Shown one piece after another: positions 8,469-17,160 of a DNA stretch of 23,274 nt. The stretch's first letter is position 1. The number at the start of each line of letters is the position of its first letter. Location of the stretch: positions 1-23,274 of the forward strand of contig JAGMCR010000018.1 in the NCBI GenBank assembly GCA_023129115.1, given 5' to 3'. This DNA is from Candidatus Iainarchaeum sp. Its GTDB lineage: Archaea > B1Sed10-29 > WALL01. The notes beneath the pieces were generated by a model, which had not been told where the DNA came from, searched no databases, and saw nothing but the letters and a program-made list of their open reading frames with translations. Made by a program: the position numbers and the translations under genes.

Positions 8469-9053
8469 ATGTACAAATTGATAACCCTGAAGGACACCGT
8501 GCGTGTCCCGCCGGCACTGTTCGGCAAGAAAATAGACGAGTCCGTAGTGGACGTGCTTCGGCAGAAGTACGAGAACAAGATAGACGCTGACCTCGGTGTG
8601 ATCCTCGCGATTTCAAAAGTGAAGGACATCGGCGACGGGAGAATAATCCCTGGAGACGGCGCGGCATACCACGACCTCACGTTCGAGGCGCTGGCGTTCC
8701 AGCCCAAGCTCCACGAGACATTCACCGGCAAGGTCAGCGAAATCGCGCAGTTCGGCGCCTTCGTCCGCATGGGGCCGATTGACGGCCTGGTGCACGTGTC
8801 GCAGGTCACGGACGACTTCATCTCGTACAACGAGAAGACCGGCACGCTGACCGGGAAAGAAAGCGGCAAGATCCTGAAGGAAGGCGACAGCGTGCGCGCC
8901 AAGGTCGTGACGCTGAGCATGAAGCCCCTGTTAACGGACAGCAAGATTGGGCTAACCATGAGGCAACCGGGCCTAGGGAAGATTGACTGGATTGAGGACG
9001 CCAAGAAGCCAAAGAAAAAGCCCGCGGCAAAAGGGAGCAAGCCAAAGAGATAG
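8469..9053 (+). CDS. rpoE1: RNA polymerase subunit Rpo7 (E')
   Basis: MYKLITLKDTVRVPP, IIPGDGAAY, FGAFVRMGPIDGLVHVSQV, KIGLTMRQPGLGK; SD GGAGG. Confidence 0.97.
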   Translation: MYKLITLKDTVRVPPALFGKKIDESVVDVLRQKYENKIDADLGVILAISKVKDIGDGRIIPGDGAAYHDLTFEALAFQPKLHETFTGKVSEIAQFGAFVRMGPIDGLVHVSQVTDDFISYNEKTGTLTGKESGKILKEGDSVRAKVVTLSMKPLLTDSKIGLTMRQPGLGKIDWIEDAKKPKKKPAAKGSKPKR

Positions 9054-9063
9054 GTGATGACTG

Positions 9064-9255
9064 ATGGCAAGCAAGGCATGCAAGAACTGCAAGTTCGTGA
9101 TTGACGAGGGCGACGTCTGCCCCGCGTGCGGGGGGACCGAGCTCACGACGAACTGGAAGGGCTTCGTCGTAATCTTCGACGCATCGAAGTCGAACATAGC
9201 CCAGAAGATGGGGCTCTCGATGCCCGGAAAGTACGCCCTGAGGCTAAGCAAGTGA
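9064..9255 (+). CDS. spt4: Transcription elongation factor Spt4 (RpoE'')
   Basis: KACKNC...CPACG...WKGFVVIFD..KSNIAQKMG...PGKYAL; SD GGTGAT. Confidence 0.96.
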   Translation: MASKACKNCKFVIDEGDVCPACGGTELTTNWKGFVVIFDASKSNIAQKMGLSMPGKYALRLSK

Positions 9256-9743
9256 GCTACAGGCTGACGCCCGAGCTGCGTGCAAGGCTGAAGGAGCCGT
9301 TCGGGAAGCTCTTGCCAGAGCCGGACTGGGACGGCGAGTTCATTGCCGTCGGGGACGAATGTGCGTTCCTCGCGGCCAAGGCGGGCAAGGAGCCGATGGT
9401 TACGGTGTACGACTTCCGCATAAAGCGCAAGGAAATCTCCGAGGAAAAGCGGGAGGCCATCGAGAAGATGCCGGGCAAGACCATAACAGTCGACAACCCC
9501 GCCGGAGAAATAACCGGCGAGGCCGAGATGGCCATCCGGCTTGCGCTGGAAAGCAAGCCGTCCAAGGTGTGCGTGAACGGCGAGGAGGACCTGCTGGTCC
9601 TGCCGTGCATCGTGCACGCGCCGGAGGGGACCGTAGTGTACTACGGACAGCCCGACGACGGGGCCGTCAAAGTGGAAGTGACCGCCAAAAAAAAAGAAGA
9701 GGCAAGGGAAATCATGCTCTCAATGAAGGAGGTAGAACAATGA
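9252..9743 (+). CDS. DUF359 family GTP-dependent dephospho-CoA kinase
   Basis: LKEPFGKL, IAVGD, NPAGEIT, VNGEEDLLVLP, VYYGQPDDG; GTG start overlapping the spt4 stop. Confidence 0.92.
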   Translation: MSYRLTPELRARLKEPFGKLLPEPDWDGEFIAVGDECAFLAAKAGKEPMVTVYDFRIKRKEISEEKREAIEKMPGKTITVDNPAGEITGEAEMAIRLALESKPSKVCVNGEEDLLVLPCIVHAPEGTVVYYGQPDDGAVKVEVTAKKKEEAREIMLSMKEVEQ

Positions 9744-10201
9744 ACATTGAGGTGGAAAACGAGAACGTCAACCGCCTGCTCCACCGCACCGAGCTGAAGT
9801 GCAGGATGGAGACCGGCGGCGTGACTCCCTCGAGGAAAGAGATTATACGGCAGATAGCCGCGAAGAAGGGCGTAAAGGAAGAGCTCGTCGTCGTGGACAG
9901 GATAGACCAGGAGTACGGCAAGAAAGAAGCAACGGCGTACGTCAAGGTCTACGAGTCCGAGAAGGCGGCGCAGTCCATCGAGCCCAAGTACAAGATAGAG
10001 CGCGGCGCAAAAGCGCTGAAGCCGCCCGAAAAGAAGGAAGAGCCAAAGGCAGAGGAAAAGCCACCAGCTGAGGAAGCACCAACCGGGGAGTCGCCCGGTG
10101 GCGACTCCCCCAAGGAAGATGCGCCTGCCGAGGAGAAGAAGGAAGAAGAGGCTCCGAAAGCAGAGGAAGCCCCTGCTGAAGAAAAGAAGGAGGGAGAGTA
10201 A
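9740..10201 (+). CDS. rps24e: 30S ribosomal protein S24e with E/K/P/A-rich tail
   Basis: NRLLHRTE, TPSRKEI, YG...AYVKVYES, EPKY; ATG at 9740 with SD GGAGGT. Confidence 0.94.
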   Translation: MNIEVENENVNRLLHRTELKCRMETGGVTPSRKEIIRQIAAKKGVKEELVVVDRIDQEYGKKEATAYVKVYESEKAAQSIEPKYKIERGAKALKPPEKKEEPKAEEKPPAEEAPTGESPGGDSPKEDAPAEEKKEEEAPKAEEAPAEEKKEGE

Positions 10202-10407
10202 TGGGAAAGAAGAGTGGTGAGCGCAAGGGCAAGAAAGCACCCCGCAAGAGGAACCGCGTCAAGAAGTCCTCGCTCTACGAGGCCAAGGAAGGGCGGCTGG
10301 AGCGCAAGCGCACCCCATGCCCCAAGTGCGGCGCCGGAGTGTTCATGGCAGAGCACGAGAACCGGATGAGCTGCGGCAAGTGCGGCTACACCAAGTGGAA
10401 GAAATGA
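10201..10407 (+). CDS. rps27ae: 30S ribosomal protein S27ae
   Basis: CPKCGAGVFMAEHENRMSCGKCGYT. Confidence 0.97.
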   Translation: MGKKSGERKGKKAPRKRNRVKKSSLYEAKEGRLERKRTPCPKCGAGVFMAEHENRMSCGKCGYTKWKK

Positions 10408-11357
10408 TTTGCCTCGGCATCGAAAGCACCGCCCACACTTTTGGGGTGGGCGTGTTCGACGGCAAGGCACGCGCGAACGAGAAAGCTGTCTATCGGACGA
10501 TGGGCGGCATCCACCCCCGCGAGGCCTCGCAGTTCATGTGCACGCACGCGGCGGAAGTGGCCGAGGCGGCCCTCGAAAAAGCAGGGATTGGGCTGGGGGA
10601 CGTTGATGCGTTCGCGTTCGCCCAGGGCCCGGGCCTCGGGCCATGCCTCCGGGTGGGCGCGGCAGTTGGCCAGGCTCTGGCAGGCTATTACGGTAAGCCA
10701 GTAGTTGGCGTGAACCACTGCGTTGCGCACATAGATGTCGGGAAATGGAACCGGAAGGCGAGGGACCCGCTGGTGGCCTATGTCTCCGGGGCCAACACCC
10801 AGATACTCGGCCTGAACGGGGGGAGGTACAGGGTGTACGGCGAGACCCTGGACATAGGGATGGGCAACGCGCTGGACGTTTTCGGGAGGTCAATCGGGCT
10901 TGAGTTCCCAGCGGGGCCGGCGATAGAAAAATTGGCCGCCAAGGGAAAAAAGTTCCACTTCCTGCCTTATTCTGTCAAGGGGATGGACCTCGCGTTCGCG
11001 GGCCTGGTGACTGCGGCGTCGAAGTCGAAAATTCCGAGGGCTGACTTGTGCCACTCGTTCCAGGAAACTGTTTTTGCGATGCTTGTCGAGGTCAGCGAGC
11101 GGGCGCTGGCGCACACAAAGAAAGAGGAGCTGATGCTCGTGGGGGGGGTCGCGCAGAACAAACGCCTCGGCGCAATGCTGTCGCAGATGGCAGAGGAGCA
11201 CGGCGCGAAGTTCTTTGTCCCCGAAAACCAGTACAACGCGGACAACGGGCTTATGATTGCACTGACCGGGTGGAAGATGCTCAGGGCGAAAGTCAGGCAG
11301 GGGGGCCTGAAGACGAACCAGAAGTGGCGGACCGACGAAGTGGCTATTGCCTGGTGA
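10404..11357 (+). CDS. kae1: KEOPS t6A tRNA threonylcarbamoyltransferase Kae1
   Basis: LGIESTAHTFG, GGIHPREA, GPGLGPCL, VNHCVAH, GETLDIGMGN, ADNGLMIA; ATGA overlap with rps27ae. Confidence 0.97.
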   Translation: MICLGIESTAHTFGVGVFDGKARANEKAVYRTMGGIHPREASQFMCTHAAEVAEAALEKAGIGLGDVDAFAFAQGPGLGPCLRVGAAVGQALAGYYGKPVVGVNHCVAHIDVGKWNRKARDPLVAYVSGANTQILGLNGGRYRVYGETLDIGMGNALDVFGRSIGLEFPAGPAIEKLAAKGKKFHFLPYSVKGMDLAFAGLVTAASKSKIPRADLCHSFQETVFAMLVEVSERALAHTKKEELMLVGGVAQNKRLGAMLSQMAEEHGAKFFVPENQYNADNGLMIALTGWKMLRAKVRQGGLKTNQKWRTDEVAIAW

Positions 11358-11556
11358 GGTATTCGTAGCAATACGGGCAGACCTCTTTCCCACCGAAGCC
11401 GAGGAAGCCGCCCAGGCTTTTCGCGCACAGGGCGCAGAGGCGCATGCCGCACTCGCTGCACGTGTGGACCGCCCACGGGCCCCTCATTCTGCAGCCGCAC
11501 ACGGGACAAAATGCCGATGCAGGGGTTGGGGTTCCGCCGCCCCGGTCAAGGAACAT
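11344..11556 (-). CDS. Small protein (70 aa) with four CxxC pairs; FYVE/RING-like double zinc finger
   Basis: CPVC...HTCSECG..LCALC...VCPYCY; ATG at 11556 lies 29 nt from a TTATATA box. Confidence 0.75.
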   Translation of the reverse strand: MFLDRGGGTPTPASAFCPVCGCRMRGPWAVHTCSECGMRLCALCAKSLGGFLGFGGKEVCPYCYEYLTRQ

Positions 11557-11594
11557 AACAAAGAATAAAAAGCGTCGGTATATAATGGTTCCCC

Positions 11595-12296
11595 ATGACC
11601 GAGCTTTTGTACATGCAGGACTGCTACGCCAAGGAGTTCGACGCGAGCGTTGTCTCTTTTGGGAAGGGATACGCCGTGCTGGACAGGAGCGCGTTCTACC
11701 CCGGGGGCGGGGGACAGCCCAGTGACACAGGCACGCTGAACGGCGTGGGGGTGAGGGAAACCAGGAAGAAAGAGGGGGAGATAAGGCATTACGTGGAAGG
11801 GCCGCTTGATGGCGGGGTGCACGGCGTGCTGGACTGGGGACCAAGGTACGCGCACATGAGGATGCACACGGCACAGCATTTGCTGTCCGCCCTCGTGCTC
11901 GACAAGTACGGCGCAGAGACTGTTGGGAACCAGATACACGCCGATTATTCGCGGATGGACTTTGCGCTGGCTTCCGTTGACGACGAGATGCGCGGCTGGC
12001 TGGCGCACGAGTTCGACAAGGCAGTGGGCGAGGCGAGGGAAGTCAGGATTTACACTACGGGGAGGGACGACGTGATTGCGTCGGTGGACCCGAGGCGCAG
12101 GAAGCTCTTCGAGCGCGTGCCGCCGTTCGTCAAGGAAGTGCGGGTCGTTGAGATAGACGGCATCGACAAGTGCCCCTGTGCCGGGACGCACGTTGCGAAC
12201 ACGAAAGAAATCGGGGGCATTACGATAACGCGCGCCGAAAACAAGGGCGCGGGCAAAACGCGCCTCGTTTTTGAGCTGGGGCAGGGAAACCTTTAA
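11595..12296 (+). CDS. alaXM: Free-standing alanyl-tRNA editing protein AlaX-M
   Basis: FYPGGGGQPSDTG, MRMHTAQHLL (HxxxH), CPCAGTHV (CxxxH). Confidence 0.95.
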   Translation: MTELLYMQDCYAKEFDASVVSFGKGYAVLDRSAFYPGGGGQPSDTGTLNGVGVRETRKKEGEIRHYVEGPLDGGVHGVLDWGPRYAHMRMHTAQHLLSALVLDKYGAETVGNQIHADYSRMDFALASVDDEMRGWLAHEFDKAVGEAREVRIYTTGRDDVIASVDPRRRKLFERVPPFVKEVRVVEIDGIDKCPCAGTHVANTKEIGGITITRAENKGAGKTRLVFELGQGNL

Positions 12297-12332
12297 AAAG
12301 CGTGCCCAGTTAATTGCTTTTGGTGATAGCCA

Positions 12333-12971
12333 ATGCCTAGAACTAAAATGGAACGGCTCTTGGTGAACCCAGAAAAGTTTTTTGAGAAAGTTGTGAAAGA
12401 AGACGTCAAAGAGGCTTGGAAATACATGGCCTACTGGGCGCTTCTGCCTAGCCTGGTTGCCATAATTGCCATCGGCTTTCTGGACGTGCCGCTCGGCGGC
12501 TACGTCGCGATGCCGACATGGCTTGGGGACCTCGTGCTTGGCGGCATGCCCTTGGCTGGAGTAAGCCTCGGAGTCGCGACCGGAATCGCTATTTATTTGG
12601 GCATCTTCATTGGTGTATTCATAACATCCATAGTGGCCCACGCGGTTGCAAGCGTAATGAAAGGGAGGGGCAAGTTCGAGGACACGCTGCAGGCAGTCAT
12701 CTACGGCACGTCTCCGTTCTATGCCTTTGGATGGCTCCCGATTTTCGGCCCGCTCTTTGGGCTGTACTCGGTGCTTGTCCAGGTCCCTGGCTTCAAGGCA
12801 CTGCACAGGACGAAGTACGTCAAATCTGTGCTGATTGTCCTTGGGACGCTGCTGCTGATTGGCGTGCTTACCGGAATTATGCCCATTCTCACGGGCGTGT
12901 TTGCAACTGGGTACCACCCTGGAATCGTTGTTAACGGCATAAAGGGGATTATCACACTGATGCTGGTGTGA
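12333..12971 (+). CDS. Yip1-domain integral membrane protein
   Basis: LLVNPEKFFEKV N-terminus, GRGKFEDTLQAVIYG..P, about 5 hydrophobic segments; SD GGTGAT. Confidence 0.8.
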   Translation: MPRTKMERLLVNPEKFFEKVVKEDVKEAWKYMAYWALLPSLVAIIAIGFLDVPLGGYVAMPTWLGDLVLGGMPLAGVSLGVATGIAIYLGIFIGVFITSIVAHAVASVMKGRGKFEDTLQAVIYGTSPFYAFGWLPIFGPLFGLYSVLVQVPGFKALHRTKYVKSVLIVLGTLLLIGVLTGIMPILTGVFATGYHPGIVVNGIKGIITLMLV

Positions 12972-12984
12972 ATTCCCCCCACTC

Positions 12985-12998
12985 CTTTTTTATTTTTC
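12985..12998 (+). terminator. Oligo-T tract after the Yip1 gene (may double as the bud32 promoter)
   Basis: ttttttatttttc shortly after the stop codon. Confidence 0.4.
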
Positions 12999-13017
12999 AC
13001 TGCGCAAAAGCATAGCC

Positions 13018-13599
13018 ATGCTTATTTACAGGGGCGCCGAGGCCGAACTCTACAAGGGAAAGTTTTTTGGCATCGACTGCGTCCGCAAGGTAAGAAAGGA
13101 AAAGAAGTACAAGGAAGCACAGCTGGACCGGAAGCTGCGGGGAGAGCGGCTGCGCAACGAGGCGCGCATGCTTTCCCGGGCGAGGGAAGTGGTTTCCACG
13201 CCCCGCGTGCTGGCAGTGAGTGGCGATACTTTGGTGATTGAGTACGTCGATGGCGACAAGGTAAAAGACCTGTTTTTGAGTGGGGACACGAAGGCCGCGT
13301 CAAGGATAGGGAAGGCAATCCGGCGGATGCACGACAGCGGCATCGTGCACAACGACTTGACGACCAGCAATTTGATTCTGAAGGCTGGGAAAGTGTTTTT
13401 CATCGACTTCGGGCTGGCCCAGCAGAGCACAGCGCTCGAGGACAGGGCGGTCGACCTCGTGGTGTTCAAGAGGATGCTGTCGTCCACGCACTACGATGTT
13501 TTTGGGCGGGTGTGGCCCAGGGTGCTCGCGGGGTACGGCGCCGGGGACAGGATTCTGGCCAAAGTGCAGGAAATCGAGTCCAGAGCAAAATACAAGTAA
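13018..13599 (+). CDS. bud32: KEOPS kinase/ATPase Bud32
   Basis: RGAEAEL, LDRKLR..R...EAR, IVHNDLTTSN, FIDFGL, EDRAVDL, IESRAKY. Confidence 0.95.
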   Translation: MLIYRGAEAELYKGKFFGIDCVRKVRKEKKYKEAQLDRKLRGERLRNEARMLSRAREVVSTPRVLAVSGDTLVIEYVDGDKVKDLFLSGDTKAASRIGKAIRRMHDSGIVHNDLTTSNLILKAGKVFFIDFGLAQQSTALEDRAVDLVVFKRMLSSTHYDVFGRVWPRVLAGYGAGDRILAKVQEIESRAKYK

Positions 13600-13633
13600 A
13601 CCCTTTTAAAGCAAAAATGTCACAGGTATTAGC

Positions 13634-14629
13634 ATGGGCAAAATGAGGAGCTGGGGCAAGAAGAAGAGAGAACCGCAGGTAGCCATGCGAATGGGTTTCA
13701 AGGAAGACCTAGCAACAAAGAAAGATAAGGGGAAAAGGATAAGAGACACGCTTGTGGAGCCCGGCGCCAGGCTGCCCGAGCAGAAGGCACTGCCCCCCGC
13801 GCCCGCGGAAATCGAGGCGGAGCTGGAGAAGGTAAGCACTGCCAGGAAGGTGTGGCCGTTCGGGGGGGATAAGGACAACCTGGTGGACAAGGGCGAGATT
13901 TACCAGGCCCTGCTGCGGAGAGCTAGGGACGTGCCCCTGATTTACAAGAAGCTCATGAATTCCCACCACGGAATCATAGAGGGGAGGCCCCACGAGAACA
14001 TCTACATCCTCACGCTTAGGGTGAGGCCGCTTTACAAGAAGAGCTTGGGCGAGCAGGTTGACGTGAGGTGGCTCCCGAAGAAGCCATGGGAGTGGGTACA
14101 GGCCGCCAAGGTATACTTCACCAAGGAAAACATTCTCAGCAAGCTGTGGAGCCCGAACCCGGACGACGTGACGCACTTTGGCAGCGAAGTGATGATTGTG
14201 CACGACCGTGAGCCCGACGAAACCCAAGAATTCGTGACGGACTACTCTCCGGACCCCAGGTACGGCACATTCAATAGAAACAGGTACAGGCATTCCGTAA
14301 GGAGCCGGCGCACGGACACCATCGACAAAATCTATGAGAACCGCGAAGTGGAGAACACGTTCGACGTGCACATGCTCATCGGACAGTCGACGATGGACCC
14401 CAAGTCAAAGGTCAAGAAAAGGGTTGGCAAGGACATGGTGGTCAGGGGGGGGCTGTACGTAAAGCCAGACATAGAGCTCCTCAACTTGATTGAGGGCAGC
14501 GTCAGGCCGCTAATCCCCAAGACCCTAAGAAAGAAGACGTTCGAGGCTATACAGGCCATGCGCAAGAAGCAGTATGACTTTGCTACAACAGGCATAGAAT
14601 TGCTGCCGAAACTGGTAGGGGTGGAGTGA
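13634..14629 (+). CDS. Hypothetical basic protein (331 aa)
   Basis: Long ORF filling the bud32-rdgB gap, with its own TTTTAAA box about 30 nt upstream; no family recognised. Confidence 0.8.
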   Translation: MGKMRSWGKKKREPQVAMRMGFKEDLATKKDKGKRIRDTLVEPGARLPEQKALPPAPAEIEAELEKVSTARKVWPFGGDKDNLVDKGEIYQALLRRARDVPLIYKKLMNSHHGIIEGRPHENIYILTLRVRPLYKKSLGEQVDVRWLPKKPWEWVQAAKVYFTKENILSKLWSPNPDDVTHFGSEVMIVHDREPDETQEFVTDYSPDPRYGTFNRNRYRHSVRSRRTDTIDKIYENREVENTFDVHMLIGQSTMDPKSKVKKRVGKDMVVRGGLYVKPDIELLNLIEGSVRPLIPKTLRKKTFEAIQAMRKKQYDFATTGIELLPKLVGVE

Positions 14630-14635
14630 AACGCC

Positions 14636-15172
14636 GTGTTTTTCGTTACCGGCAACCCCGGCAAGTTCAAAGAGGCAGTGGGGCTTATTCCCGGGCTGAA
14701 GCAATCCGACATCCACCCACTGGAACTCCAGGCAGATTCGCTGGAAGAAGTCGCTGTTTTCAGCATAAGGCACGCGTTCGAGGAATTGGAGGAGCCGTGC
14801 TTTGTCGAGGACGCTGGGCTGTTCATTTCGGCGCTGAACGGGTTTCCGGGGGTCTACAGCAAGCCAGTTTGGGAGAAGATTGGGCTCAAGGGCGTTCTGA
14901 AGCTGCTTGACGGAGCGGGGAATCGTTCTGCGGTGTTTCGGGCGGTGATTGCCTATCATGACGGCGAAAAGATTCACACGTTTAAAGGGGAGTGCAGGGG
15001 CAGCATCGCGATGGAAAAGCGGGGGACAAGTGGGTTCGGGTTCGACCCCGTGTTCGTGCCAGAGGGGCACGAAAAGACGTTTGCAGAGGACTTCGCGTAT
15101 AAACAACAAGTGAGCCACAGGGCGAGGGCCTTGAAGGCTTTTCTGAGGACTTTACAGCCAAAACCTTTATAA
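14636..15172 (+). CDS. rdgB: dITP/XTP pyrophosphatase (HAM1/RdgB family)
   Basis: FVTGNPGKFKE, VEDAGLFISALNGFPGVYS, GFGFDPVF, SHRARAL. Confidence 0.95.
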   Translation: MFFVTGNPGKFKEAVGLIPGLKQSDIHPLELQADSLEEVAVFSIRHAFEELEEPCFVEDAGLFISALNGFPGVYSKPVWEKIGLKGVLKLLDGAGNRSAVFRAVIAYHDGEKIHTFKGECRGSIAMEKRGTSGFGFDPVFVPEGHEKTFAEDFAYKQQVSHRARALKAFLRTLQPKPL

Positions 15173-15190
15173 ATGGACGGATTCAGAATA
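15160..15190 (+). promoter_or_regulatory. BRE/TATA promoter of the rps15 operon
   Basis: aaaacctttataaatggacggattcagaata; overlaps the rdgB stop; near-identical to 4516-4546. Confidence 0.8.
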
Positions 15191-15263
15191 AGGGCACGGA
15201 CGCCCTTCGCCAAAGGAATCCGACTCGTTTTGACGTTCCAGTAGAACAAGAATAGTGGTTATC

Positions 15264-15719
15264 ATGGCAAGAATGCACGCACGAAAAAGGGGCAAGAGCG
15301 GCTCCAAAAAGCCCGCCGTCAAGGCCAAGCCCGACTGGGTAGAGGCAGACAAAAGGGAAGTGGAGGGCCTAATCGTCAAGTTCGCCAAGGAAGGCATGGC
15401 GCCCAGCGCCATCGGCCGAGAGCTGAGGGACAGCTACGGCATCCCAAGCGCCAAAGACGTCGTCGGCAAGACAATCAACGCCGTGCTCAAGGAGCAGAAG
15501 GCCGCGCCAGACTATCCAGAGGACTTATTGAGCCTGATTAAGAAGGCCGTCTTCCTGCGCAAGCACTTGGAAAAGAATCCGAAGGACACCCACAACAAGC
15601 GTGGGCTCACGCTGATTGAGTCCAAGATAAGGCGGCTCCAGAAGTACTACAAAAGGAAAAAGGTTCTGCCCAAGGACTGGTACTACAAGCCCGAAGAGGC
15701 GGGCCTCCTGGTGAAGTGA
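15264..15719 (+). CDS. rps15: 30S ribosomal protein uS15 (S15/S13e)
   Basis: [49 protein letters not shown]. Confidence 0.98.
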   Translation: MARMHARKRGKSGSKKPAVKAKPDWVEADKREVEGLIVKFAKEGMAPSAIGRELRDSYGIPSAKDVVGKTINAVLKEQKAAPDYPEDLLSLIKKAVFLRKHLEKNPKDTHNKRGLTLIESKIRRLQKYYKRKKVLPKDWYYKPEEAGLLVK

Positions 15720-15844
15720 TGAAGTACGGGGCAAGAGCCAAGCTGGGGGACAAGGAGATAAAAGGCAACTACAGCATCATGGAACTGCTCGGGAAAATAG
15801 AGGAAATGGTGGAAAAGCATGTCGAAAAAGAAAAAAGCCATTAA
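15719..15844 (+). CDS. 41-aa micro-ORF in the syntenic slot of KEOPS Pcc1
   Basis: [41 protein letters not shown]; TGATG overlap with rps15 and overlap with the rps3ae start; too short for the ORF track. Confidence 0.6.
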   Translation: MKYGARAKLGDKEIKGNYSIMELLGKIEEMVEKHVEKEKSH

Positions 15845-16472
15845 GGCCGCAAAGAAGGCGGCAAAAGCCAAGGCACCCATAAAGAAAAAGAAGAAGGTGC
15901 GGGCCGTCGACACCTGGAAGTCAAAGCGCTGGTACACCATCAAGGCGCCAAAAATCTTCGAGGAAAAGGAAATCGGCAAGGCAGTGAGCTCAGACCCCAA
16001 ACTGCTCACCGGCAGGTCAATCAAGGTCACGATGCGCGACATCACGGGCAACATCCCCCAGCAGAACATCAAGCTCAACTTCAAGGTCACGGACGTCAAG
16101 GGCGAGAGCCTCGAGACCATGCCAGTGGCCTACGAGTACAACCGCGGCTATATATCGCGCCAGACCAGGAGGATGCACTCCATCATAACCACCATCGCAG
16201 ACGTCGCCACAAAAGACGGCTACCGCCTGCGCGTGAAGGCGCTCTCCTTCGGCCACGGCAAGATGAAGCTCATCCAGCGCAAGGAAATCAGGCGCATCAC
16301 AGAGGAAATGCTCAAGGCCACTGCCGCCAAGACAACCTACGACAGGCTCTTCCTTGACATGCTCCACGGGAAAGTCGGCAGCGAAATCTACAAGAGCGCC
16401 AAGAAAATTTATCCCATTACGAGGAGCGAAATAGTGAAGAGCCGCATTCTGGCAGCGCCGCAGAAGAAGTGA
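15819..16472 (+). CDS. rps3ae: 30S ribosomal protein S3Ae (eS1) with K/A-rich N-terminal extension
   Basis: DTWKSKRWYTIKAPKIF, GRSIKVT..DITG, TKDGYRLRV, AKKIYP...EIVKS. Confidence 0.96.
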   Translation: MSKKKKAIKAAKKAAKAKAPIKKKKKVRAVDTWKSKRWYTIKAPKIFEEKEIGKAVSSDPKLLTGRSIKVTMRDITGNIPQQNIKLNFKVTDVKGESLETMPVAYEYNRGYISRQTRRMHSIITTIADVATKDGYRLRVKALSFGHGKMKLIQRKEIRRITEEMLKATAAKTTYDRLFLDMLHGKVGSEIYKSAKKIYPITRSEIVKSRILAAPQKK

Positions 16473-16477
16473 AGCCG

Positions 16478-17146
16478 ATGGATCCCTGGCTTTTTGTCCC
16501 AGCAATGATGACCGGCCTAGCCCTCTTCACCGGCGGGCTGGACAAGCTCAGCGCCGTCACGGGCGGCGTCATGGGATACATGGTGCTTTTCACTGGGGGG
16601 TGGCAGTGGCTCGTCGTGCTCGTCCTCTTCTTTGCCCTTAGCATGGCCGCCACTGGCTACAAGTACTCCACCAAGTCAAAGTATGGGCTGTCACAGAAGA
16701 AGCGCGCAGTCGAAAACGTGCTGGGCAACGGCCTCGTGCCGCTGGCATTCGCCATGCAGGGGAACCTCTTCGGCTTCGCGGCCGCGCTGGCGACCGCGAC
16801 TGGGGACACCCTGTCGTCAGAAATCGGCGTGCTCTCAAAGAAACAGCCCGTCAGCGTGCTGGACTTCGAGACCAAGGTCAAGCGCGGGGACAACGGCGGC
16901 GTCACCACGCTCGGCAATACAATGATGGTGGCCGGCGCCGGAGCCATAGCAGTCCTCTGCCTCGTGCTCTTCGGGGACTGGAGCCTGTTCTGGATAACGC
17001 TGTGGGCCGGGGTGTTTGGCACTATGCTTGATTCGGTGCTTGGGGCGACGCTAGAAAATGAGGGAGTCATTGGCAACCACTTGGTGAACCTGTCGTCGAC
17101 GCTCGGCGGCGGGCTCCTTGCGATTGCCTTGTCCACACTCTTCTAA
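16478..17146 (+). CDS. DUF92 (TMEM19-like) membrane protein
   Basis: R..ENVLGNG, ATATGDTLSSEIG, GDNGGVTTLG, LDSVLGATLE, NHLVN. Confidence 0.92.
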   Translation: MDPWLFVPAMMTGLALFTGGLDKLSAVTGGVMGYMVLFTGGWQWLVVLVLFFALSMAATGYKYSTKSKYGLSQKKRAVENVLGNGLVPLAFAMQGNLFGFAAALATATGDTLSSEIGVLSKKQPVSVLDFETKVKRGDNGGVTTLGNTMMVAGAGAIAVLCLVLFGDWSLFWITLWAGVFGTMLDSVLGATLENEGVIGNHLVNLSSTLGGGLLAIALSTLF

Positions 17147-17160
17147 AAAAAATTGGTGGC

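Noticed and set aside
11484-12917. 477-aa minus-strand ORF and other long antisense ORFs (6506-7465, 17368-18171, 21983-23263, 1124-4060 set)
   Set aside because: Shadow frames of real genes in GC-rich DNA; no motifs or expression signals seen.
14626-14910. Possible frameshifted rdgB start (GTG 14626, MKRRVF)
   Set aside because: GTG 14636 has an SD-like GGAGTGA at normal spacing and gives the complete FVTGN N-terminus.
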